NCBI GenBank assembly: GCA_044336925.1
Contig: JBIIOM010000003.1
Location: 1 to 40,358, forward strand
Direction: 5' to 3'
Length of the DNA: 40,358 bases
From: Pirellulales bacterium
GTDB lineage: Bacteria > Planctomycetota > Planctomycetia > Pirellulales > UBA1268
Below the pieces are notes generated by a model. That model saw only the letters and a list, made by a program, of their open reading frames with translations. It ran no database searches and had not been told where the DNA came from. Positions 1-9,586 of the stretch are shown here, in pieces (the stretch's first letter is position 1; the number at the start of each line of letters is the position of its first letter). The translations under genes and the position numbers were made by a program.

Positions 1-1
1 G

Positions 2-106
2 TGGCGGACGATGTGCCGCTACATTCAGGCCAACTCGCGGATGGCGATGCTCGGGCTGGACTTGGAGCGGTGGGGCGACGAGGCCGCGCGGCGGCTGTCT
101 GCCTGA
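2..106 (+). CDS. 3' fragment of a hypothetical protein (truncated by window start)
   Basis: Frame 2 reads WRTMCRYIQANSRMAMLGLDLERWGDEAARRLSA* with TGA at 104-106. Confidence 0.45.
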   Translation, partial: WRTMCRYIQANSRMAMLGLDLERWGDEAARRLSA

Positions 107-156
107 ATGACGCTACAGCGGCGAGAGCGGGCCGGTGAATCTGGCATAATGGCAAT

Positions 157-633
157 ATGCCAACCGCAGCCCCAACGCACGTCCAGCGGCTCGTCGCCAA
201 CGAACTAGCCGCCGCCCTCACGGCCTGCTCGTGGCCTGGCGACATTGCGACCATTTCCGCCACCGTCCGCCGGGTGCCCGACTACACGACCGAAGACCTG
301 GGAACGCTCAAGGTATCGGTCGTGCCCGGTCCCGTGACGCTGCGGACGGCCACGCGGTCCGACGATATGTTTGAGGCTTCCGTCGGGATCGTGCTCGCGA
401 AGCTCGTCACGTCGGAGGCCGAGATTTCCTCGCTCGAGGATCTCAATATGGCGATCATCAACGCGATCCGCTCCGAGCTTGTCGAGGTCGAAAGCCTGCC
501 GAGCGGGGCCGATTGGACCGAGATCGCCCTGCCGGTGCCGTACGACCGGGAATCGCTCACCGAGCGAAACGTCTTTCTGTCACAGATCGAAGTGACGTTC
601 CAAGTGCCGATCGAGAAAATCGCCGGAGGGTAG
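157..633 (+). CDS. Putative tail terminator / neck protein
   Basis: 158 aa, acidic and beta-rich (C-terminal FLSQIEVTF); lies just before tail genes. Confidence 0.6.
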   Translation: MPTAAPTHVQRLVANELAAALTACSWPGDIATISATVRRVPDYTTEDLGTLKVSVVPGPVTLRTATRSDDMFEASVGIVLAKLVTSEAEISSLEDLNMAIINAIRSELVEVESLPSGADWTEIALPVPYDRESLTERNVFLSQIEVTFQVPIEKIAGG

Positions 634-636
634 CCG

Positions 637-1374
637 ATGGGCGTTTTCCTTCCCCCGGGCGGCGGCCTAGCCAGCAGCCTCGGGCTCAACGGCGGAATTC
701 CGTCGATCCCCGGCAGGATCAACGTCAAATTCTTTTTCGACCGGCCGGCCGTCAAGAACTCGATGAGCCGTGCGAAATACTGGGCTCTCTACAAGGCCGG
801 CAGCGTCGTGATGCAGACCGCCCGCCGGTCGATCAAGCGAAAGGGGCTCGCCCGCCCCAAGCTGCAGATCATGAAGGACAACCCCGGCGTTGCCTTGATG
901 CAGCTCGCGAGGATGCCGGGCGTCCGCGAATCCACCCGCCGGAAGCTCCGGCAGCGGATTTGGGAGATCAAGAACAAGCCAGCATCCATGCCGGGCACGC
1001 CGCCCAACACGCACACGGGAGTATTTCGGAGGGACATCGTCTACGCATACGACCCGATCGCCGAGTCGGTCGTTGTCGGCCAGTTCATGCAGGGCGGAGC
1101 GTGGCTCGCGGCCCTCCACGAATACGGCGGCGTGCAGCGGATGCAGGCCTACGCGTTCATTCCGAAATACGACGGTCGCTATACCGGCATCATCGGCTAC
1201 TGGCGAGTGGGCAAGAAGCCGCGGCTGCCGGGCCGGTGGCACCCGCTCAATATGTTCGAGAATCACATCTACCCAGAGCGGCCGTATATGCGGCCTGCGA
1301 TTACCAACGCGGCCGCGAAGAACGAAGTCGTGGCGCAGTTCCGCGGGCAATTTCGCGCCGGCGGCGGAGCGTAG
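637..1374 (+). CDS. HK97 gp10-like / virion morphogenesis (tail completion) protein
   Basis: Basic protein with S.PG.PP..HTG, LHEYGG and C-terminal YPERPYMRPA motifs typical of this family. Confidence 0.7.
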   Translation: MGVFLPPGGGLASSLGLNGGIPSIPGRINVKFFFDRPAVKNSMSRAKYWALYKAGSVVMQTARRSIKRKGLARPKLQIMKDNPGVALMQLARMPGVRESTRRKLRQRIWEIKNKPASMPGTPPNTHTGVFRRDIVYAYDPIAESVVVGQFMQGGAWLAALHEYGGVQRMQAYAFIPKYDGRYTGIIGYWRVGKKPRLPGRWHPLNMFENHIYPERPYMRPAITNAAAKNEVVAQFRGQFRAGGGA

Positions 1375-1378
1375 GGCC

Positions 1379-1398
1379 GTGGTATACTGACGTTCAGG
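1379..1398 (+). promoter_or_regulatory. Putative late promoter (extended -10 TGG-TATACT-N7-AGG)
   Basis: GTGGTATACTGACGTTCAGG; near copy at 9963-9978, related copies at 12995 and 31618. Confidence 0.5.
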
Positions 1399-1446
1399 AG
1401 CGGCGCCACGCCGCCAACGTCGGCAAAACCACTGGCGAAAAGGCAT

Positions 1447-1815
1447 ATGGCCACCTACACGCTCGGCAAGGATTACACGGTTTCGGGGCTGACGGGCGTC
1501 AGCGAGCTCACCTACACGCGAACCGGCGAACGGCTCGACGTGACCACCCGCGAGGGTGCCAAGCCGTACAAGAAGACGGTGGCCGGGTTCGGCGACGAGA
1601 CGCTCGAGTGCAGTGTGTACGAGCCGACGGGCGCGGGCGTGAACTTCGCCGGCTTCAAGATCGGCGAACAGAAGACCGTCGTTATCAACGGCACGTCGAT
1701 TACGGCTGTCATCATGAGCGCCAATCGTTCAGAGCCGCAGGACGGCGTGGTCGTCTACCAACTCACGCTGCGACCGGGCGAGGCGCTGGAATCCGCCCAG
1801 CAGGCTCCGATCTAA
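1447..1815 (+). CDS. Tail tube-like protein, paralog 1
   Basis: MATYTLGKD...LDVTT...; size, position and motif shared with the next two ORFs. Confidence 0.65.
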   Translation: MATYTLGKDYTVSGLTGVSELTYTRTGERLDVTTREGAKPYKKTVAGFGDETLECSVYEPTGAGVNFAGFKIGEQKTVVINGTSITAVIMSANRSEPQDGVVVYQLTLRPGEALESAQQAPI

Positions 1816-1839
1816 ACCCTTCCGCGAGGATCTCAGCAC

Positions 1840-2187
1840 ATGGCGAAATACAAGATGGGCCGCGCTTGCGTGGCCACCCTGCCAGGCGTCAGCAACAACG
1901 ACATCAAGGACGTGACCGTCAACGCGTCCGCGACGGAGCTCGACGTGACGACGTTTCCGACCACTGGTTCGCTCACCAAGGCCGACTATATGCCCGGCCT
2001 CGTCGACGTGACGATCGACGTGACGTGCACTGAAACGACCGCGACCGTTGGTATGTCGGGCGCCCAAGACGTTGCGAACATCGACACGACTCTCGAGGCC
2101 GTTGTGCTCGACGTTAAGGAGTCAGTCAGCCCCAAGGGTGTCGTCGAATACACCGTGACGTACGGCCTGCAGATGCCCGAAAACTGA
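1840..2187 (+). CDS. Tail tube-like protein, paralog 2
   Basis: MAKYKMGRA...IKDVTV...ELDVTT...PKGVVEYTVT. Confidence 0.6.
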   Translation: MAKYKMGRACVATLPGVSNNDIKDVTVNASATELDVTTFPTTGSLTKADYMPGLVDVTIDVTCTETTATVGMSGAQDVANIDTTLEAVVLDVKESVSPKGVVEYTVTYGLQMPEN

Positions 2188-2197
2188 GTGGTGCTGA

Positions 2198-2557
2198 ATG
2201 GCGAAGGTCAAGCTGGGCCGCGATCAAACGCTGACGCTTGACGGTGTCGCCCTTGAGGGCGTTCGCGAGGTTGATATTCAGGTCGATATGCAGGGTCAAG
2301 ACGTTACTGCGTTCGACCACAGCACGACCTCGACGCTGCCTATTCGCCAAGACGTGACGCTCCGCACGCTCATCTACCACAAAGACGATTACGACCGCAT
2401 CCGCCCAAGCTTCAGCCTCACGACGCCGAGGCCCGTCACGCTGGCAATCAGCAACGTCGCGTCGGCCCAGTTTGTGCCGGTGGCAGTAAAGATCGCCCAG
2501 CCTGTCGACGGCGTCATGGCCTGGGACGTGACGTGGAAAACCTGGAACTATTCATGA
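2198..2557 (+). CDS. Tail tube-like protein, paralog 3
   Basis: MAKVKLGRD...VREVDI...QDVTA...QPVDGVMAWDVT. Confidence 0.6.
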   Translation: MAKVKLGRDQTLTLDGVALEGVREVDIQVDMQGQDVTAFDHSTTSTLPIRQDVTLRTLIYHKDDYDRIRPSFSLTTPRPVTLAISNVASAQFVPVAVKIAQPVDGVMAWDVTWKTWNYS

Positions 2558-3027
2558 AGACGTTTCGCACGACCGACGGATTGGAGTGGCAGATTGCCGT
2601 CAACGTGGCGACGGTCAAACGCGTCCGCGACCTCGCCGGCGTGGATCTGCTGGCCGTGGTCGACGACGCCGGCCCGCTGCAGGCGATCTTCGGGGATCAC
2701 GTCAAGTTTTCGGAAGTGCTCTGTGCGGCCGTTCGCCCGCAGTTGGCCGACCGCGACGTGGGCGATGACGAGTTTTTCGCGACGATCGACGGGGCGGTGA
2801 TTGAAGCCGCGGCGGAGGCGCTGATCGGCGAAATCGTCGATTTTTTCCAAGAGCCCCGAAAGGGGCTGCTCAAGAAGGCGCTGGCCAAGTACCAGGAAGC
2901 GCTGGCGAAGGTCAACAGCCGGACGACGCAGACCGCCGAGGCGGCCCTCGACCAGATCGACTTCGAGCAAATGATTCTAGCGATGCCTACGAGCTTTGCT
3001 TCCGCCTCGCCGGGATCTGCGGGGTAG
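2554..3027 (+). CDS. Tail assembly chaperone (gpG-like)
   Basis: ATGA overlap with the previous stop; lies between tail tube genes and tape measure; contains slippery T TTT TTC at 2841-2847. Confidence 0.75.
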   Translation: MKTFRTTDGLEWQIAVNVATVKRVRDLAGVDLLAVVDDAGPLQAIFGDHVKFSEVLCAAVRPQLADRDVGDDEFFATIDGAVIEAAAEALIGEIVDFFQEPRKGLLKKALAKYQEALAKVNSRTTQTAEAALDQIDFEQMILAMPTSFASASPGSAG

Positions 3028-3302
3028 CACCGTGGGGCTACACGCTCCGCGAGTTGGATTGGATGGCCGTTGGCCGACAACACGACACTTGGAACCACAC
3101 CAGCAACCTCATGGCCCTGCTCGCGACCATCCACAGCGACCCCAGCAAGGGCAGCAGCTACACGCCGTCCGACTTCCACCCGTTCGTGGAATCGCCGGGG
3201 CTGCCGGAAGCCACGCCAGAGCTGCTTGAGTCGCTCGGATTCAAGCGGGCCGCCAAGCCGGAGGCGGCCGCCCAGCCGGAGGGGGTGAGCGATGGCCGCT
3301 AG
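2847..3302 (+). CDS. Tail assembly chaperone gpT-like extension (-1 frameshift product)
   Basis: -1 frame open from 2805 to 3302; encodes LAGICGVAPWGYTLRELDWMA...DFHPF; no good own start. Confidence 0.65.
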   Translation, partial: PRAPKGAAQEGAGQVPGSAGEGQQPDDADRRGGPRPDRLRANDSSDAYELCFRLAGICGVAPWGYTLRELDWMAVGRQHDTWNHTSNLMALLATIHSDPSKGSSYTPSDFHPFVESPGLPEATPELLESLGFKRAAKPEAAAQPEGVSDGR

Positions 3303-5418
3303 TGCTGGTGCCGTGAAGATGGGCGGCGCCTACGTCGAAATCTTCGCGAAGGATGGCGCGTTCATGCAGGCCATGACGCGAGTCCAGAATCGGATCAAGT
3401 CGGTAGCGTCTTCCATGCAGACGGCCGGCCGCAACATGGCTTTCGGCGGCACGGCGATCGGTGCCCCAATGCTGCTGGCGATCAAGCAGGCGGCCACGTT
3501 CGAGGATGCCCTGCTTGGGATGCGGTCCGCGGCCGGGCTGACCGAGAAGCAAGTGGGCTCGCTCCGCCAGCAAGCCCTCGCGCTGGGCCAGGCGATGAAC
3601 GCGAGCCCCACCAAGGTTGCCGGCGCGTTCCTCGAGCTCACCAAGGCCGGCATGAGCGTCGACGAGGTGCTCAGGGGGGCCGGGCAGTCTTCGGTTGAGT
3701 TTGCCCGCGTGAGCGGCGTTGAGATGGCCGACGCGGCCGTCTTCATGAAAGTCGCCATGCAGTCGTTCGGTGTTTCGGCCCAAGAGGCCGTCGACACGCT
3801 CTCGGCCGCTGCCGACTCGAGCGAAACGAGCATCGCCAGCATGGTCGAGTCGTTCGGCCTCGTCGGCTCCGCCGGTGCTCTGTTCAACCAGAGCCTATTC
3901 GACCTCGCTCAAGGCATGGCCGCCCTCGCCCGGTTTTCGATCATCGGCGAGGAGGCCGGCACGGGCATCAAGAGCATCCTCAATAGCCTCGTGGCCCCGT
4001 CGGGCGTGGCCCAAGATGCCTTGGAAAGCCTCGGCCTCACCGTCGACAACTTCCGCGGCGCCGACAAGAAGATGCTGCCGCTGGTGCAGATCGTCGGCGT
4101 CTTCGAGAAGGCGCTCAAGAACATCGACCCGAAGACCGGCGACCGGGCTCTCGCCCAAATCTTCGGCGACCGCGGTATCAAGGTGATGGGTGCCTTCTTG
4201 AACCTGGGCACGCAGGGGTTTGAGAATATTTCGGCGGCGATGAAAGACAGCCTGCCGGTGAGCGAGAAATACCAGATCGTGATGAGCGGCGTGACCGGCT
4301 CGCTCGAGGGGCTGCGGAATTCGACTGAGCAGGTGTCGATCGCGTTTACGGAATCCGTCGGGCCGGCGTTCGCCCAGGCCACTCAGTCGGCCAGCGGATA
4401 CCTTGGGGCACTGGCGTCGATCATTTCAAGGAATCCAGAGGCCACCACTGCCGTCGCCATGCTGACTGTCGGCGTCACGGGCCTCGGGGCCGCTCTCGCA
4501 TTGACGGGCCTCGCCGCCAAGGGGCTTGTAGCATCCCTCGGCGTGATCGCGACGCTCGCGACTCCGTTCGCGGCAGCGGCCGCGGCCGCCCTGGCAGGCG
4601 GGGCGGCGGTCGGCTATTACGGCGGCAAGGCTGCCGGCTGGGCCTTGGGGCTCAAAGACCCGGGGGCAGAGAACGCACCGGGCGAGCTCGCCGGCAACTT
4701 CATGGCCGCGAGGGCTCTGCAGCGGCAGGGCGTCGACGGCAAGGCCGCGATCAAGCCGTCGGTGAAGATGAGCGACGCCGAGATCGCTAAGCTCGAGCAG
4801 CGAGCCCAGGCGGCCCGCGACGCGGAGGCTGCCCAGAAGGCCGCCCTCGACGCCGCGGAGGAGGCCCGCAAGGCCTTGGAGCGAGAGGACGAAGACTTCG
4901 ACCGCTCGCAGGCCCAAGCGGTTGCGGGGCTGCAGGAGTTGTCCAATGCGGTCGTCGAGGAATCGCTCAAGCTCGGCGCTGACGCCCAGGCGGCGGCCGT
5001 TGAGTTTCAGAAAAAGCTCTCTGGCCTGCAGGGCCAAGTGAGGGCCGGCGTGCTCAACCAGGCCGGAGCCGAAAACCTTGGCGGCCTTGAAAAAGCCAAG
5101 ATCGACGAGCGGTTTCAGCAGATCCGCGACGCTCAAAACCCAAAGCCCTTTTCCATTGGCCCAACGGCCGGCACGTTCGGCAGCGCCTCGCAGATCGGCA
5201 TTGCACCGGCGCTCAATACGGCGTTCCGGCAGGCCGCCGACGCGGCCAAGGCCGGGCAGCGGGCCGCCCAGGTCAACGCCGCGGCCGCCAACAAGGTCGC
5301 CGCCGGCGTCAACGGCATGGCCGATCAATTTAAGAAGGTGGTCGAGGCTCACAGGCAGGGCAACGAAATACTCGGCCGTATCGAAAACAAGCTGGGCATT
5401 GGGGGTGCGTTCGTATGA
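3292..5418 (+). CDS. Tail tape measure protein (TP901-type core)
   Basis: 708 aa, Ala/Gly-rich helical; GAYVEI N-terminus, AADSSETSI / EAGTGIKSIL core motifs, hydrophobic mid-segment. Confidence 0.92.
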   Translation: MAASAGAVKMGGAYVEIFAKDGAFMQAMTRVQNRIKSVASSMQTAGRNMAFGGTAIGAPMLLAIKQAATFEDALLGMRSAAGLTEKQVGSLRQQALALGQAMNASPTKVAGAFLELTKAGMSVDEVLRGAGQSSVEFARVSGVEMADAAVFMKVAMQSFGVSAQEAVDTLSAAADSSETSIASMVESFGLVGSAGALFNQSLFDLAQGMAALARFSIIGEEAGTGIKSILNSLVAPSGVAQDALESLGLTVDNFRGADKKMLPLVQIVGVFEKALKNIDPKTGDRALAQIFGDRGIKVMGAFLNLGTQGFENISAAMKDSLPVSEKYQIVMSGVTGSLEGLRNSTEQVSIAFTESVGPAFAQATQSASGYLGALASIISRNPEATTAVAMLTVGVTGLGAALALTGLAAKGLVASLGVIATLATPFAAAAAAALAGGAAVGYYGGKAAGWALGLKDPGAENAPGELAGNFMAARALQRQGVDGKAAIKPSVKMSDAEIAKLEQRAQAARDAEAAQKAALDAAEEARKALEREDEDFDRSQAQAVAGLQELSNAVVEESLKLGADAQAAAVEFQKKLSGLQGQVRAGVLNQAGAENLGGLEKAKIDERFQQIRDAQNPKPFSIGPTAGTFGSASQIGIAPALNTAFRQAADAAKAGQRAAQVNAAAANKVAAGVNGMADQFKKVVEAHRQGNEILGRIENKLGIGGAFV

Positions 5419-6374
5419 CCGTCGTTTGCTACGAAATGTCCGATTCGATGTCGGGGAGCATCACTCACGATTTCGAGCAGGGCGAGACGCGCGAGGTCAA
5501 GCGGCGATACGTCATCGGCCAGTGCGTTGGATTCAACGACGCCGTGACGCAGATCGCGGCGTATGCCCCGCCATACGTTGACGGCGACGGGGCGGGCATC
5601 TTTTGGCGCCGTGCCAGGCTGGACGTAGTCGGGATCGGAAACAGATGGTTTGACTGCACGGCCACCTACTCAACGCTGATGTTTCGGGACGACGCGCACG
5701 GCGGCGGCAGCGGCGGAGGCGGAGGCGGAGGCGGCAGCGGCTCATTCCAGCCGGGCTCTATCGCCTGGGACACGACGGGCAATACGGAGCACATCACGCA
5801 AGGCCTCGTCGCAGAGGAGCGGATGCCGGCCAATGCCGCCGACTTCAAGGGGGCGATCAACGTCAATGGCGACGGCGTGGACGGCATCGACGTTGTTCGT
5901 CCTGCCATGCGGTACTCGGAAACATGGATACTGCCGGTGTCAGTGGCGGTCGGAGACGAATACGTCCGGGCCGTGTTCGGCCTGACCGGAACCGTCAATC
6001 AAAGTAACTTTCGGGCATTTGGCCCAGAGAACGTGCTTTTTCTTGGCGCCCGCGCGCAGTGGCAGGGTGATCTGCCATACGTTGCCGTGACATACGACTT
6101 TGAGGCTAGGAAGGGGTACGGCGACGACACTCCGCAATATACGGTCCCAGGAATTGCGGGGGCGATGGACAAGAAAGGCTGGGAGCACATCTGGATCGCC
6201 TACGAGCCGGAGGCCAACAACCAAAAGCTCGTCCGCAAGCCTATCGCGTTCTACAAAAACAAAGTTTACGAAGTGGCGGATTGGTCGCCGCTGCAGCTTG
6301 GCGGCGACATTGGCACGGCCCCGGCCGTCCTAAACGCACAGCTCCCCGGCGCCCCCGGCCAAGGCTTCCTCTGA
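5415..6374 (+). CDS. Putative distal tail / tail tip protein
   Basis: 319 aa, translationally coupled directly after tape measure; poly-Gly linker. Confidence 0.6.
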   Translation: MTVVCYEMSDSMSGSITHDFEQGETREVKRRYVIGQCVGFNDAVTQIAAYAPPYVDGDGAGIFWRRARLDVVGIGNRWFDCTATYSTLMFRDDAHGGGSGGGGGGGGSGSFQPGSIAWDTTGNTEHITQGLVAEERMPANAADFKGAINVNGDGVDGIDVVRPAMRYSETWILPVSVAVGDEYVRAVFGLTGTVNQSNFRAFGPENVLFLGARAQWQGDLPYVAVTYDFEARKGYGDDTPQYTVPGIAGAMDKKGWEHIWIAYEPEANNQKLVRKPIAFYKNKVYEVADWSPLQLGGDIGTAPAVLNAQLPGAPGQGFL

Positions 6375-7120
6375 TGCCAGATCCTCGCCAATACGTCCGG
6401 CCTGGCCAGCGGCTTCAGATAGCCGCCAGCCAGATCAACGCGCTCAATGAAATGATCCGCAAGGGCGACGCGGCGACTGTCGTGCCTGCGCGGCCGGAAT
6501 CCGCCCCCTACACGTTCGTATATGCAAGGAACGCCACCGGCGGCACTGTCGCCCGCTGGGGAATCATGTCGATCACTGGCGTCGAGATCACGCCCACCAG
6601 CACGAGCGGCGGGGCGACGGCTCAGTTTGAGCAGATGCCCGTGCTCACGGGTGGCACGCCGTCTGCGACCACAACGGCCTGGTGCGTGGCTGTCGAACCG
6701 ATTGAGAGCAACAAAATTGGTCGCGTGGCGGTGGCTGGTGTTGTGCAGTGCAAGGTTGAGGTGACTAGTGCCGACGACAAGTTTGCGGCGTGCAAGGCAT
6801 CTGCGTCAGAGCTCAAGACGGGGACTAGCGGCGAAGCGACGATTCTCTGGAAGGACAGTGGCACCGGCTCTGGCAAGTGGGCGTTCGTGCGGTTCGGTGG
6901 TGCTGGTGGCGGCGTCCGCCTCGGAACGATCTCGGCAACGTGGAGCAAGGGCGCAACAGCCACCGTCACGGAGCAAAACGGCGACGGCTCAACCAAGAGC
7001 CCGTCATCCACATTCACGGCGAAGAACTATTTTGCCACCGTCGCGGTCGCCAGCGGCACGAAGCGGGTCGCGTGCGCGAAGGTGGACGATACTTGGATTC
7101 TGTTGGCTGCGGAGTGCTAG
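6374..7120 (+). CDS. Putative tail tip / minor tail protein
   Basis: ATG overlaps previous TGA; MPDPRQYVRPGQRLQIAASQINAL..., EPI...IGRVAVAG motif; beta-rich. Confidence 0.55.
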   Translation: MPDPRQYVRPGQRLQIAASQINALNEMIRKGDAATVVPARPESAPYTFVYARNATGGTVARWGIMSITGVEITPTSTSGGATAQFEQMPVLTGGTPSATTTAWCVAVEPIESNKIGRVAVAGVVQCKVEVTSADDKFAACKASASELKTGTSGEATILWKDSGTGSGKWAFVRFGGAGGGVRLGTISATWSKGATATVTEQNGDGSTKSPSSTFTAKNYFATVAVASGTKRVACAKVDDTWILLAAEC

Positions 7121-9586
7121 ATGCTCGACCTCCTCGCCGCTATATCGTCAGTCGATCCGCCCGCCCTTGTGGCTTGGCTCGTCTTCCTGTTTGCTGCCAG
7201 CGGCTATCCGCTGGGCATCATGCTCGGGTCGAGCTGCTCGCCGTGTTGCGGTTGTAGCGGCACATGCACAACCACTGCCGATTGCCGCGCGGGCTGTGTA
7301 TGCGTAAGCGGTCAATGCGTTGCTAACCCATGCACCCAATGCACTGAAGGCGAATTGCCGGAAACGCTGACGGTCTCGTTTTCCGGCCTTGCCGACAAGG
7401 CTCCCGGCCCCGACCTAATTTCCCTCTCGTTCTCAGCCTGCTACGGAGGCGGCGCGACGGCGCAGGTGACGGCCCCCGGCGGCGACCCCGCGACGGACAA
7501 GGGCGCGATTGGTGCCGTTACCCTGACCAACGGCGGCAGCGGCTATGCGAAGTTGGGCCGCGTGGCTCCGACGCTTACGGTGAGCGGTGGCAGCGGCACA
7601 GGGGCGACGTTCACGCCCAGCCTGTCAACGTCGCAAGACGAGTGCGACCTAGACCTGTGGGCTTTGCAGTCTGTTGCGGCATCGGGCGGCACAGGTTACG
7701 AGGACGGCGACACGCTCACGATCACGGTGGCCGAAGGCGACACGGAGGTCGCTGCCGCGTCTGCAACGCTCTACCTCGACAAGTCGGAGCCGACGCTGAC
7801 GCTCGACGGCACGGCGACGGCGACCGTGGCGATGGCTGGTTTAGGAGATGGAAACTTCGGGATTGCCTCTGTCGCAGTCACCGGAGGCGGCAGCGGATAT
7901 ACAGAAGGTCAGTCGGTGACGTTTTCGGTTGGCGCAAACGACGAGACAGTCGCCGCCGCCACAGCGACCGCGCGAGTGGTTCACGGGTCGCCCGCCAACG
8001 CCCTGCTATACGAAGAAGGCACCGGGTCTGGCGCGGTCCTTACGCCCGTTTGGACGTTGCTGCCAATCAGTCAGTGGCCTGCCCCAAATAAGAAAGCCTA
8101 TAGCGTTTCATCGGTGACGATCACGAACGGCGGCAGCGGCTACTCATCGGCAGACTACTTTGAGTTTTATTTTGCGTCTGACGACGACGGGCAGGTTGTC
8201 GAGTACGGTTATGGTTTCGTAGACGCTGTAAATGGCAGCGGAGCCATTACAGCAGTCAGCATTGAAAGCGGCGGGCGGTACGTCGGGTCGCGAACCGACC
8301 AATTAGAATCGGTGGCAATAGCAAGCGGCGGCAGTTACTACAACGACGACCCAGGCGCGCGCAGCGTACTCGTGAACGCTGGCGGCACCTACTACCGCGA
8401 GGACGCGAGCGCCTCACCATACGTTGCCACCGTGACGGTGGGTGTGTCGCAGACGGCACCGAGCGCCGGGGCAGGGGCAACGCTGACGGTAGACATCGAC
8501 GATGACACTAGCAGCGAGACGTTCGGGCAGATCACGGGCGTTAGTAGCAGTGGCGGCAGCGGGTATCTCGCGCACGAATTGTTCGACACTTGCATGACGA
8601 GATTTGATGGCCGGTCGATTGTGGTGCGGCGCACAGGAAACCCGTGTCTATATGCGTTTTCTTGCGAATGGGATAGAGAGTGCGGCTTAGAACAAGAGTC
8701 AGTTTATGTTCAATATCGTGGCCCTACCCAGCCTTTGACGGTTGAAATGGGCTTGTCGCGTCCAACGGGCGGGCGCGCCGACGGGCAGCGAATCTGGATT
8801 CTCGTCGAAAATCCATCTATGACCGCCGATGAGTTGTCCCCCGACTGCTCCGCCATCGACGTTACGGCGACCGGCGGCTCTGGAGTGCCAGAGGGCGCGA
8901 CGGCTCACGTTGTAGGAGGCGGCGAGTACGAGGAGACGGAGACGTGTAAAACGATTCTCAGCGAAGACGTGGCGGCCCTGCATGTAGAGTTGAGTTGGGG
9001 AGGATTGACCAACTCAACGCAGACCGGAAGCGGTTGCGGGAGGGGCTCTACGTTTTACATTCCCGGCGCAAGCCAAAGCAGTCCGACTTTGTCTTGGTGC
9101 GATGCTTGGAAGGAAGGCGAGCAGGATCGAAAGGATGGCGTTGAGGCGGCAACAACAAACTTCGGGGGGTTCGCTTCTTGGACTGAATCTTGCGGCCCTC
9201 GCACGTTGGCGATCCAAGGAAACGGAGTCGCGGGCCTTGAGTTGAAGGGGTGCAACTGGAAATGGATTGCTCAAGGGGAAGTCTGCGTGGAGTTGTCCGA
9301 AAGCGCTCAGATCTTTTTTCAGACAAACACGAGCTACGGCCTTTCAAACAGTACCGTTGCTGGCACTCGCGTGTGCCGTTGGTGCTATCCAGTTCTTTCC
9401 GTGGCGGTTGATGGAGACTTTGTCCCGACTGGAGCAGTCACACTGGGGACGCCGGTATTCACGACGTCTCTGCCCGTATCGCCTGGGTCTATCGATGTCG
9501 CTTTTTGGTTTGATGATTATCTTTCAGCAGGAAGCGTATGTAACAACCCAGGAACGCCAACCGTAACTCTCTCACGGCTCCCATGA
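7121..9586 (+). CDS. Tail fibre / receptor-binding-like protein with Cys-rich N-terminus and GGSGY repeats
   Basis: 821 aa; about 8 V.(I/L)..GG.(G)Y repeats; visibly lower-GC C-terminal third. Confidence 0.65.
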   Translation: MLDLLAAISSVDPPALVAWLVFLFAASGYPLGIMLGSSCSPCCGCSGTCTTTADCRAGCVCVSGQCVANPCTQCTEGELPETLTVSFSGLADKAPGPDLISLSFSACYGGGATAQVTAPGGDPATDKGAIGAVTLTNGGSGYAKLGRVAPTLTVSGGSGTGATFTPSLSTSQDECDLDLWALQSVAASGGTGYEDGDTLTITVAEGDTEVAAASATLYLDKSEPTLTLDGTATATVAMAGLGDGNFGIASVAVTGGGSGYTEGQSVTFSVGANDETVAAATATARVVHGSPANALLYEEGTGSGAVLTPVWTLLPISQWPAPNKKAYSVSSVTITNGGSGYSSADYFEFYFASDDDGQVVEYGYGFVDAVNGSGAITAVSIESGGRYVGSRTDQLESVAIASGGSYYNDDPGARSVLVNAGGTYYREDASASPYVATVTVGVSQTAPSAGAGATLTVDIDDDTSSETFGQITGVSSSGGSGYLAHELFDTCMTRFDGRSIVVRRTGNPCLYAFSCEWDRECGLEQESVYVQYRGPTQPLTVEMGLSRPTGGRADGQRIWILVENPSMTADELSPDCSAIDVTATGGSGVPEGATAHVVGGGEYEETETCKTILSEDVAALHVELSWGGLTNSTQTGSGCGRGSTFYIPGASQSSPTLSWCDAWKEGEQDRKDGVEAATTNFGGFASWTESCGPRTLAIQGNGVAGLELKGCNWKWIAQGEVCVELSESAQIFFQTNTSYGLSNSTVAGTRVCRWCYPVLSVAVDGDFVPTGAVTLGTPVFTTSLPVSPGSIDVAFWFDDYLSAGSVCNNPGTPTVTLSRLP

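Noticed and set aside
5700-5741. GGC/GGA microsatellite
   Set aside because: Encodes an in-frame Gly/Ser linker; no sign of phase variation
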